A stretch of 64,000 nt of DNA, taken from NCBI GenBank assembly GCA_051883655.1, contig JBJEUD010000085.1, forward strand, positions 3,100 to 67,099, in the 5' to 3' direction. Under the pieces are notes generated by a model. That model was given only the letters and a program-made list of their open reading frames with translations, did no database searches and was not told where the DNA came from. A program made the translations under genes and the position numbers. Of the stretch, positions 21,284 through 29,117 are shown piece after piece. Each line of letters starts with the position of its first letter. Position 1 is the first letter of the stretch. This stretch comes from Candidatus Faecivicinus sp. (GTDB lineage: Bacteria > Bacillota > Clostridia > Christensenellales > Aristaeellaceae).

Positions 21284-22549
21284 TCAGCCGTTGGCCGCGC
21301 CGGGCGTGGGCGTCGCCGTCGACCACGTGCCGTCGGCCGCCTTGGACCAGGCGGTGTCGCTCTTCATCAGGTCGAAATCCACGCGGTCGACCACCTGTCC
21401 CGTCGCATCGGCGAGCAGCACCGATTCGCCCTCGGAGCTCAGTCCGAAGTTGGCGTGGGGATTGCCTGCGTCGGCGCGGTCCAGTCCGGACGCGTAGATG
21501 ATCCTGTACTCGCCCGGCTGCAGCACGAAGCCCTCGGGGATTCGCCACTTGGTCGGCTGGCCGACTGTGTCGGACGCGAACCAGCCGCTCAGGTCGATGG
21601 CCGCGCCGGTGGTATTGTGCAGCTCGAAATAGTCGTGGAACCCGCCGTTTTCGTCGGGAGCATATTTCGTGTTCGAGGAGACAACCTCGGTGATCTCCAC
21701 GCCGGCATCGGTTCTCGCCTGGTGCAGCGCGGTATAGCTCTCGGCCGAATTGGACAGGCCCGGCGTGGCCATGCTGCTCACGGACCAGGTGGTCTCGTCC
21801 TGGCGCACATAGGCCATATCGGCCGTCATCGCGGGGAAGTTCACCGAATCCACCGCCGTGCCGGAGCCATTGAACAGCATCAGCGTGCCGCCCTGGGACG
21901 ACAGCCGGAAGGGCGCATGATACGCCTTGCCTGCCTCCTGCTGGAGCGTGCTGTCCGCATAGACGATGGCGCACTCGCCGGGCTGCAGCGTGTGGTTCGG
22001 GAAGGTGAACACATTCGCGGAGTGCTCATTCTTGCCCAGCGAGTAGCCGGCCAGGTTGACCGCCTTGCCGCTCACATTGGCGACCTCAATCCAGTCCGCC
22101 GTCAGGCCATTGTCATCCACGGCGGTGCTGTCGTTGCTGCTCATCAGCTCGTTGATGCGGATCGGGCCGCTTCCGTGAATCTCGGACACAGCGGACGACG
22201 CCGTCACCGCGCCGTTATTCTGACCCACCGAGAATCCATTGGGCCAGATCAGCTGCGCCGCGACGCCGATGGCAATCAGCGCGATGGCAATGCCCGCCAG
22301 CCGGCCGAAGTCATACGGCAGCCGTCGGGGCGCTCTCGCCGGTCCCCGCTGCGGCACAGCGCTGCGCACAGGCGCGGCGGGCCTCGCCGGCGCGGCAGGT
22401 CTTGCCGGCGGATTCGGCCGGGTCTGCCCTGCGGGACCGCCCGTGACAGAGCGCACCCTCACGACAGGCCGCTGGGCCGGGCGATCGTACGGCTCCTGGC
22501 GGCGCTGCGGCATTCCACCCGGTCTGACCGGGCGCTTGTTTTGCGACAC
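21284..22549 (-). CDS. Membrane-anchored protein with two lamin-tail domains (LTD) and a Pro/Arg-rich cytoplasmic N-terminus
   Basis: GTG start with AAGGAGGG SD. TM helix LAGIAIALIAIGVAAQLIW. Two LTD-type repeats: IRINELMSSN...DWIEVANVSGKAVNLAGYSL and VEITEVVSSN...DYFELHNTTGAAIDLSGWFAS. Confidence 0.75.
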   Translation of the reverse strand: MSQNKRPVRPGGMPQRRQEPYDRPAQRPVVRVRSVTGGPAGQTRPNPPARPAAPARPAAPVRSAVPQRGPARAPRRLPYDFGRLAGIAIALIAIGVAAQLIWPNGFSVGQNNGAVTASSAVSEIHGSGPIRINELMSSNDSTAVDDNGLTADWIEVANVSGKAVNLAGYSLGKNEHSANVFTFPNHTLQPGECAIVYADSTLQQEAGKAYHAPFRLSSQGGTLMLFNGSGTAVDSVNFPAMTADMAYVRQDETTWSVSSMATPGLSNSAESYTALHQARTDAGVEITEVVSSNTKYAPDENGGFHDYFELHNTTGAAIDLSGWFASDTVGQPTKWRIPEGFVLQPGEYRIIYASGLDRADAGNPHANFGLSSEGESVLLADATGQVVDRVDFDLMKSDTAWSKAADGTWSTATPTPGAANG

Positions 22550-22620
22550 GGGATTCCCTCCTTATTCCCACGCGGGGCGATGCACTCGCGCCCGTGCGGG
22601 TTGATCCTTCGGAATGTGGA

Positions 22621-23280
22621 TTACGCAGCCTCGCCCTGATAGGAGACCAGCGTCGCATCCTGCACGCCGGGAACGGAATGAATCTTGTTCAGCACGGCTT
22701 CGGGCTTGTCGAGGCGAACCTCATAGGTCATCTCGATGCCGGCGCTGGAGATGTTCTTGGACTTCAGCTTCTGAATGCGGATGCTGCCGACGAGCTGGGT
22801 GACCGGGCGCTCGGCCTCTTCGGTCATGCGCACCACCAGCAGATAGCTGTTCAGGCCCTTGGACTGGATGTTCACCAGCAGGGTGAGCAGCAGGGCGATG
22901 AACACCACGGAGAGCGCGGTGAGCAGATACTGGCCCGCGCCCAGCAGAATGCCCGTGGTCAGCGCCCAGAACATGTAAGCGGTATCCAGCGGATCCTTCA
23001 CCGCCGTGCGGAAGCGGACGATGGACAGCGCGCCCACCATGCCCATGGACAGGGCAATGGAATTGCGGATGCACAGCACCACAGGCGTGGTGATCAGCGT
23101 CATCATGATCAGCGTCATGGCAAAATTGCTGGAATACATCACACCGCGATAATTGCGGCGGTAGACCCATGCGATTCCGTAGCCCAGCACTACGGCGAGA
23201 AGCATCGACACGATAATGGTCAGAATCGAAGAGACGCCCAGCGTCATGGAGCTGGTCAGATCGGCGGTCAGGTTGTTCAT
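22621..23280 (-). CDS. DUF4956 domain-containing membrane protein
   Basis: SILTIIVSMLLAVVLGYGIAWVYRR...GALSIVRFRTAVKDPLDTAYMFWALTTGILLGAGQY matches the DUF4956 pattern as I recall it. GGAGGAGG SD lies upstream of the ATG at 23280. Confidence 0.7.
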   Translation of the reverse strand: MNNLTADLTSSMTLGVSSILTIIVSMLLAVVLGYGIAWVYRRNYRGVMYSSNFAMTLIMMTLITTPVVLCIRNSIALSMGMVGALSIVRFRTAVKDPLDTAYMFWALTTGILLGAGQYLLTALSVVFIALLLTLLVNIQSKGLNSYLLVVRMTEEAERPVTQLVGSIRIQKLKSKNISSAGIEMTYEVRLDKPEAVLNKIHSVPGVQDATLVSYQGEAA

Positions 23281-23338
23281 CGGTATTTCCTCCTCCATCA
23301 TTATCGCTTCCACATTTCGGGAAGTTGTGCACAAAATA

Positions 23339-24088
23339 TCAGTCGAAGCTGCCTCCGCCCAGCGGCTCAAAGCGGCGGCAAAGCACGTATTTCGAAACAG
23401 CGCTTCGCTCCGCCCGGATTCCGGTCAGCAGCTTGTGAATGTGATCGGGCAGATAGCTGTCGAACTTGACCTCGAGGATCTCCAGCTTTTCGTCCAGCGG
23501 ACTGATCACGGGGATGTGCGGATTGAACAGGTCCGTGCTGCCCAGCCCCGACCTGAGCTTCAGGTCAAACGTGATGCGCACGTTCTCCGCCGGGTGCAGA
23601 TAGGCCTCCCGCTCGTAATCCACAATCACGCTGGGCCGGAGCAGCTTTGTGCGCATCTGCACGAACATGTCCTGCAGCAGCGGGTTGCTGGACCGGTACA
23701 GCCCCCGGGGATCGCCCGCGATCATCTGCTCGCAGAGCCTGCGGGTAATCTGCACGGAGGACTTCTGGATCAGGTCGCCCAGCTTGCGCTTGCGCTCCAG
23801 GAAGATCTCCTCATCGGAATAGCGGTAGATGCGGATGCGGTACTTGTCGCGGTGCATCACGCCGCCCACCTTGTCGAAATACGCGCTGTCGTCGATATCG
23901 TCGAAGTAGAGCGATCGTATGGCGTAGGGGCGGCCGCCGCGGCAATGGGAATCCAGCTTCATGCCCCTTCGCAGCTGAATGCGCAGCGCCTCGACCTCGG
24001 CGGGATGAATGAAGTATTTCAGTTCATGCCGCGCGGGCAGTTCGGCTCTCTTCTGCTGCAAGCTCTTTCCCCCTTCATTACGCGCCAT
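23339..24088 (-). CDS. VTC-domain (polyphosphate polymerase-like, triphosphate-tunnel fold) protein
   Basis: HELKYFI... opening (tunnel-fold ExK-type motif), RSLYFDD and YRIRIYRY, as in bacterial VTC-domain proteins. GGAGGTGG SD. The start overlaps the cotH-like stop by 11 nt. Confidence 0.7.
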   Translation of the reverse strand: MARNEGGKSLQQKRAELPARHELKYFIHPAEVEALRIQLRRGMKLDSHCRGGRPYAIRSLYFDDIDDSAYFDKVGGVMHRDKYRIRIYRYSDEEIFLERKRKLGDLIQKSSVQITRRLCEQMIAGDPRGLYRSSNPLLQDMFVQMRTKLLRPSVIVDYEREAYLHPAENVRITFDLKLRSGLGSTDLFNPHIPVISPLDEKLEILEVKFDSYLPDHIHKLLTGIRAERSAVSKYVLCRRFEPLGGGSFD

Positions 24089-27000
24089 AGTTCTGTGCCA
24101 CCTCCAGCGCCTCGCCAAAGTATTTGTACATTTCTTCCGTGCTCATCTTCAGGTATTCCGTGGTGCTGAAGTACTTCAGCAGCTTCATCGGGCGCTCCAC
24201 CGCGTAGTTGATCAGGAACTTGAGCTCCTTCTGGTATTTCTCCGCCGACGTGTTCCAGCGCGCCAGCTGTTCGGGCAGCAGCGGCTCGAGGATTTCATAG
24301 CGCTCGCGGATCATCCTGACGACGTTTTCGGAGGAGAACGTCGTCGCCATCTCCTGGCCCATGTGGGTCAGGAACTCGTCGCGGAAGCGCGGATTCTTCA
24401 TGCACGCGATGAACAGCGTGTTGTCCGTGCGCGAGTTGGCGCCCATGCCGCCCGGCGTCAGCCAGCGGTTGATGGAGTTGGTGTCCGTGGTAAACGCCCA
24501 GTCGAAGTCGAACAGCACCCAGCGCCACTTGCCGTCGGCGTTGGCGTTGCGATAGCGCTTGACGTTGAGCGTGTCGGTATTGCCCGTGAAGATCTCGACG
24601 GCCATGTACTCAATGAAATTCTGAATGTCGATGGCCTGGTCCAGATTCTCATAGAACGCATCGGTGGTGGGATCTGCCTTCTTCACCGCCGCGAGCAGCG
24701 CGGCGAAGGTCTCGTTGGAGCCCTGCATGGTGTTGGTGTTGGCCTTCACCAGGTCGATGTCGTCCTCGTCCCCCTCCCAGCCCTCAAACTGGCAGATTGA
24801 CTCAGGATTGATGCGCTCGCGGATGTTGTACTGCCCCCAGTACTGGCCATCCAGATAGAGCACGCAGATCTCCGTCTCCTGATACAGCACCGACGTGTCC
24901 GCCGCCAGCGCGCTGAGGATGGAGTCGCGCATGCGGGTCTTGTCGGTATCCTGGCCGGAGGAGCGCAGAATGAACGACTGATACTCGGTATAATCGCGGT
25001 TGGAGAACAGCGCGATGGGGAAGCGGCTGGAGCCGTACCGGGTGCGGGCAATCACCTTGAATGCCTGCTGGTATTCCGCGCGGCTGTACTGTCCGTGCAG
25101 CTTGATGCCGCAGCCCTGCGAGAGCAGCTCGCTTCCGTCCCCGCCGTAGATTTCCACATGGGCCTCGCGCTCCCAGTCCTGCCAGAAGTTCGCGCCTGTA
25201 TAGGGATAGTCGCTGGAGGCGTTCGGCCCCTTGACCATGATGCCCGTCTCCTCACTGGTCAGGTTCGCGGGATCGGACACGAGCGAGACGACGTAGACGC
25301 CATTGCCGTTGTTGACGTCATAGAGATAGCTCTGGGTATCCATAAAGGACTCCAGATAGTTGTCCGCATACACGCGGGTGCGCAGGATGGTGGTGGACGA
25401 AATCTCGATCGGGCCGGTGTACAGCGTATCCGATTCGTCCGGATCGCTGGAATCCAGCGTATAGTAGATGCGCGCATTCGGCACCGCGCTGGTGATCTCC
25501 ACCGAAACCGTCTCGCCGGTGGTAAACATGCCGCCGCGGACGGAATAGGTGGGCGCAGGCGCCTTGCCCATATAGGCCGCGCCGTCGTTGCGGGCCAGGG
25601 GCGTCGCCAGAGAGAAGAACCGCAGGCCGCCAACGCCTTCCACGCGCCCGTAGGTCACGCCTTCATACTGCTGCGGCACATGGATCCGGTCGACGATGGT
25701 CCCGTCGGGATAGCTGAGCGTCAGCGAATAGCCGCCGTCCGCAGACAGGCTGAAATTCGTGTAGATCTTGCCGCCCTCCACCTTGTCCTCGCCGGAGCAG
25801 AACACCGCGGCGTACTGGCCGGGCTGAAGGACGGTGCCCTCCGGGAACTGCCACTTGCGGGGCCGGGAGGCGTTGTCGGACAGGCCCCAGCCGGACAAAT
25901 CGACAGCCGTCGAGCCCGAATTGTACAGTTCAATCCAGTCCGGCGTGCTGCCGGAGGCCGCTGCGGCGATCTCGTTGATGATCACGCCTTCGGAATTGTA
26001 CTGCCGTATGCTCTCTCCCGCCGTCGCCGCGCTCTCCAGCGTATTGGCCATGCCCGGTGTGGGCGCAGAGCTGAGCGTCCAGCTGTTGTCGACCAGCGAA
26101 TAGGCCTGATCGGTCTCCAGCGCAGGCACCTCAACCATCGAGGCCGTTTTTCCATCGCTGCGGGTCAGAATGACCTGTGTGCCGTCGCCGTTCAAGCGGA
26201 AGCTGGCGTGCAGATGGGCGGGATCCTTCCGGTCATAGCCGGAACAGTGAACGATCAGACTGCCGCCGGCGGGAATGGAGACCTCCGGAAACTGCCAGCG
26301 GGCGACGTTCGCAAGGTCGTCGCTCAAAAACCAGCCCTTCAGGCTGATCTCCGCATCACTGACATTGGTCAGCTCCACATAATCATAGTACTCGCCGTTT
26401 TCATCGGCCGCATAGGTCGCGTTTCGCGACATGACCTCCGCAATGACAACTCCGCTGTCCTCAATCGTCAGTTCAGCGGTCTGGGTCGCAGCCGACTCCG
26501 CCACGCGATTGGCCTCGCCCGGCGTCGACGCAAAGCTGGTCTGCCATTCGCCCGCGCCGTCCCGGCAATAGACCTGATCCGCCTCCAGCGGGGGCGTCTG
26601 AATGGAATCCACCGCCTGTCCTGCGGCGTTCAGCAGCGTCAGTGTTTCTCCGGAGGAGGCGATTTTGAACGGCAGGTGGATCTCGCCGTCCTTCGAAGCG
26701 TCCTTTCCGTCGGCATAGACCACCAGATATCCGCCCGCCGCAATCGTCGTGCCCGAGAAGCGGTACATCTGCGTCGGATCGCCGTTGGTCATGATCACGT
26801 AGCCCGAAAGCGATGCGTCCGCGCTTCCCGTGTTTTCCAGCTCGATCCAGTCCGGCAGCGAGCCATCCGCGCGCATCAGTGCGGACGCGTTTGACGCCAT
26901 CACCTCGCTGAAGCGAACCGGGCTCTCTGCAGTCACCGTGGTATTGTAGCCCGCGCTCGCGGACACACCGCCCGGGTTCTGCGCCGCCAAAACGCACAGC

Positions 27001-27089
27001 AGCGCGATCAGAACTCCGGCTGCCGCGAGCAATCCCAGACCGATCGCGCTTTCCCGGATTCCCACCCGGTGTTTCTTCTTCTTAGCCAC
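24078..27089 (-). CDS. CotH kinase family protein with N-terminal membrane anchor and three lamin-tail domains
   Basis: GTG start with GGAGG SD. TM helix AIGLGLLAAAGVLIALLCVLAA. Three LTD repeats (FSEVMASN...DWIELENTG; VIAEVMSRN...DYVELTNVS; VIINEIAAA...DWIELYNSG). CotH-type core: GIKLHGQYSRAEYQQAFKVIAR...FILRSSGQD...LYLDGQYWGQYNIRERI. Confidence 0.85.
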   Translation of the reverse strand: MAKKKKHRVGIRESAIGLGLLAAAGVLIALLCVLAAQNPGGVSASAGYNTTVTAESPVRFSEVMASNASALMRADGSLPDWIELENTGSADASLSGYVIMTNGDPTQMYRFSGTTIAAGGYLVVYADGKDASKDGEIHLPFKIASSGETLTLLNAAGQAVDSIQTPPLEADQVYCRDGAGEWQTSFASTPGEANRVAESAATQTAELTIEDSGVVIAEVMSRNATYAADENGEYYDYVELTNVSDAEISLKGWFLSDDLANVARWQFPEVSIPAGGSLIVHCSGYDRKDPAHLHASFRLNGDGTQVILTRSDGKTASMVEVPALETDQAYSLVDNSWTLSSAPTPGMANTLESAATAGESIRQYNSEGVIINEIAAAASGSTPDWIELYNSGSTAVDLSGWGLSDNASRPRKWQFPEGTVLQPGQYAAVFCSGEDKVEGGKIYTNFSLSADGGYSLTLSYPDGTIVDRIHVPQQYEGVTYGRVEGVGGLRFFSLATPLARNDGAAYMGKAPAPTYSVRGGMFTTGETVSVEITSAVPNARIYYTLDSSDPDESDTLYTGPIEISSTTILRTRVYADNYLESFMDTQSYLYDVNNGNGVYVVSLVSDPANLTSEETGIMVKGPNASSDYPYTGANFWQDWEREAHVEIYGGDGSELLSQGCGIKLHGQYSRAEYQQAFKVIARTRYGSSRFPIALFSNRDYTEYQSFILRSSGQDTDKTRMRDSILSALAADTSVLYQETEICVLYLDGQYWGQYNIRERINPESICQFEGWEGDEDDIDLVKANTNTMQGSNETFAALLAAVKKADPTTDAFYENLDQAIDIQNFIEYMAVEIFTGNTDTLNVKRYRNANADGKWRWVLFDFDWAFTTDTNSINRWLTPGGMGANSRTDNTLFIACMKNPRFRDEFLTHMGQEMATTFSSENVVRMIRERYEILEPLLPEQLARWNTSAEKYQKELKFLINYAVERPMKLLKYFSTTEYLKMSTEEMYKYFGEALEVAQNYGA

Positions 27090-27273
27090 TCTGTGCCTCC
27101 ATTCAGGCGATTACTACCCCTATGATTGCATATATCAATATAATACACCGCAAAACGCGCCAAATGTAGTCAATTTTCCAATATCTATCTGAATATTTTG
27201 TAAAATCGCCCTCACCGGAAGTGAAAAGCGCCCGTCGCCAGCCTCTGCGCCTCCTCTTCTCCCGCTGGCGCAC

Positions 27274-27305
27274 AAAAAACGCCGCTCGTCGATGGACGAG
27301 CGGCG
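27274..27305 (-). terminator. Rho-independent terminator after rny
   Basis: cgccgctcgtc-gatg-gacgagcggcg stem. On the minus strand it is followed by TTTTTT. Confidence 0.8.
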
Positions 27306-27314
27306 TCGGCAGAA

Positions 27315-28847
27315 TCACTTGGCGAAGTCCACCGCGCGGGTTTCGCGGATGACGTTGACCTTGATCTGTCCGGGATACTCCATTTCCTTCTCGATGCGCT
27401 TGACGATCTCCTTGGCCAGGATGAGCGTGCCAGCGTCGTTGACGTCCTCCGGCTTGACGATGATGCGAACCTCGCGGCCGGACTGGATGGCGTAGCAGGT
27501 CTCCACGCCGTCGAAGGAGTAGGCGATGGATTCCAGCTTCTCGAGCCGCTTGATGTAGTTCTCCAGCGACTCTCTGCGCGCGCCGGGACGGGCGGCGGAG
27601 ATGGCGTCGGCCGCCTGAACCAGGACGGCTTCCACCGACTTCTGCTCCACGTCGTTGTGATGCGCGGCGATGGCGTTGACCACCAGATCGTTCTCGCGGA
27701 ACTTCTTCGCCAGCTCGGCGCCGATGGTCACGTGAGTGCCCTCGACCTCGTGGTCGATGGCCTTGCCGATGTCATGCAGCAGGCCCGCGCGCTTGGCCAG
27801 CTGAACGTCCGCGCCCAGCTCTGCGGCCATGACGCCCGCCAGATGGCTGACCTCGATGGAGTGGCGAAGCACGTTCTGGCCGTAGCTGGTGCGGTAGCGC
27901 ATGCGTCCCAGCAGCTTGACCAGCTCGGGATGGATGCCGTGCAGATTCGTCTCGAAGATGGCCTGTTCGCCGGCTTCGCGGATCTGCTGGTCGACTTCCT
28001 TCTTGGCCTTCTCGACCATCTCCTCGATGCGGGCGGGATGGATGCGTCCATCCATGATCAGCTTCTCGAGGGCGATGCGGGCGACCTCGCGGCGCACCGG
28101 GTCGAAGGCGGAAATGATGACGGCCTCGGGCGTGTCGTCGATGATCAGATCGACGCCGGTCGCCGTCTCGAGGGTGCGGATGTTGCGGCCCTCGCGGCCG
28201 ATGATGCGGCCCTTCATGTCGTCGTTGGGGAGCGCCACGACGGAGACGGTGGTCTCGGCGACGTGGTCAGCGGCGCACTTCTGAATCGCCAGGGAGATCA
28301 GGCTGCGCGCCTTCTTGTCCGCCTCTTCCTTGGCGCGGGCTTCGATCTCCCGGACCATGACGGCGGCGTCGTGATAGGCTTCCTTCTGAACGCGGTCGAT
28401 CAGAATGCCCTTGGCCTCATCGGAGGTCATGCCTGCGATGCGCTCCAGTTCGCCCTGCTGCTTCGCGTGCATGGCGTTGGCTTCCGCTTCGACGCGCTCA
28501 ACCTCGCGGTATTTCTCGTTCAGTGCTTCTTCTCTGGCTTCCAGATTGCTCTGTTTCTTATCGTATGCTTCTTCGCGCTGGTTCACCCTGCGCTCAAGCC
28601 GCGTCACTTCACTGCGGCGGTCACGAACTTCCTTATCAAGCTCCGACTTCAAGCGGATGACCTCTTCCTTGGCGCTGAGCAGGATTTCCTTTTTTTGATC
28701 CTCCGCCTTGCGCGTCGCATCCTCGACCAGATTCTTTGCCATTTCCTCGCTCTGGCCGATTTTCTTTTCGATCACGTTCTTGCGGTACACATATCCTGCC
28801 AACACACCAACCACCAGCGCAACCACAGCCGTGATTGCGTAAAACAA
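27315..28847 (-). CDS. rny: Ribonuclease Y
   Basis: N-terminal TM helix, coiled-coil, KH domain ([12 protein letters not shown]) and HD domain ([17 protein letters not shown]...LLHDIGKA). Start placed at TTG 28847 (SD GGAG/GGGGGA 7 nt upstream), which gives the usual short pre-TM N-terminus. The track ORF extends to ATG 28946. Confidence 0.93.
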   Translation of the reverse strand: MFYAITAVVALVVGVLAGYVYRKNVIEKKIGQSEEMAKNLVEDATRKAEDQKKEILLSAKEEVIRLKSELDKEVRDRRSEVTRLERRVNQREEAYDKKQSNLEAREEALNEKYREVERVEAEANAMHAKQQGELERIAGMTSDEAKGILIDRVQKEAYHDAAVMVREIEARAKEEADKKARSLISLAIQKCAADHVAETTVSVVALPNDDMKGRIIGREGRNIRTLETATGVDLIIDDTPEAVIISAFDPVRREVARIALEKLIMDGRIHPARIEEMVEKAKKEVDQQIREAGEQAIFETNLHGIHPELVKLLGRMRYRTSYGQNVLRHSIEVSHLAGVMAAELGADVQLAKRAGLLHDIGKAIDHEVEGTHVTIGAELAKKFRENDLVVNAIAAHHNDVEQKSVEAVLVQAADAISAARPGARRESLENYIKRLEKLESIAYSFDGVETCYAIQSGREVRIIVKPEDVNDAGTLILAKEIVKRIEKEMEYPGQIKVNVIRETRAVDFAK

Positions 28848-28959
28848 GTTATCGTCCCCCTTCTCCTCATCAAATTTTGAATTTCCGAAAGCGAATGAAC
28901 TTCGCCCGCATTGGCATGCGCATAACGATTCATATGCAAAGTGCATGGCTAACAGACTT

Positions 28960-28988
28960 ATTTTATACTGTACGCCCTATAATGTCAA
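28960..28988 (-). promoter_or_regulatory. Sigma-A-like promoter for rny
   Basis: Minus strand: TTGACA (28988-28983), 17 nt, TAAAAT (28965-28960). This implies a leader of about 100 nt before the TTG start. Confidence 0.5.
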
Positions 28989-29039
28989 GCAAAAAAACGT
29001 TACCTTTACATCTTTCGCCGCACCTGTGCCGCGAATCCC

Positions 29040-29068
29040 TTGCCAATTCCATGCCCAGCCTGTATAAT
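29040..29068 (+). promoter_or_regulatory. Sigma-A-like promoter for the large membrane protein gene
   Basis: TTGCCA (29040-29045), 17 nt, TATAAT (29063-29068). Confidence 0.6.
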
Positions 29069-29117
29069 AAACTGGTAATTGAGCGCCCCCGCTGCGGGCT
29101 TTGAAAGGAATCGGATT

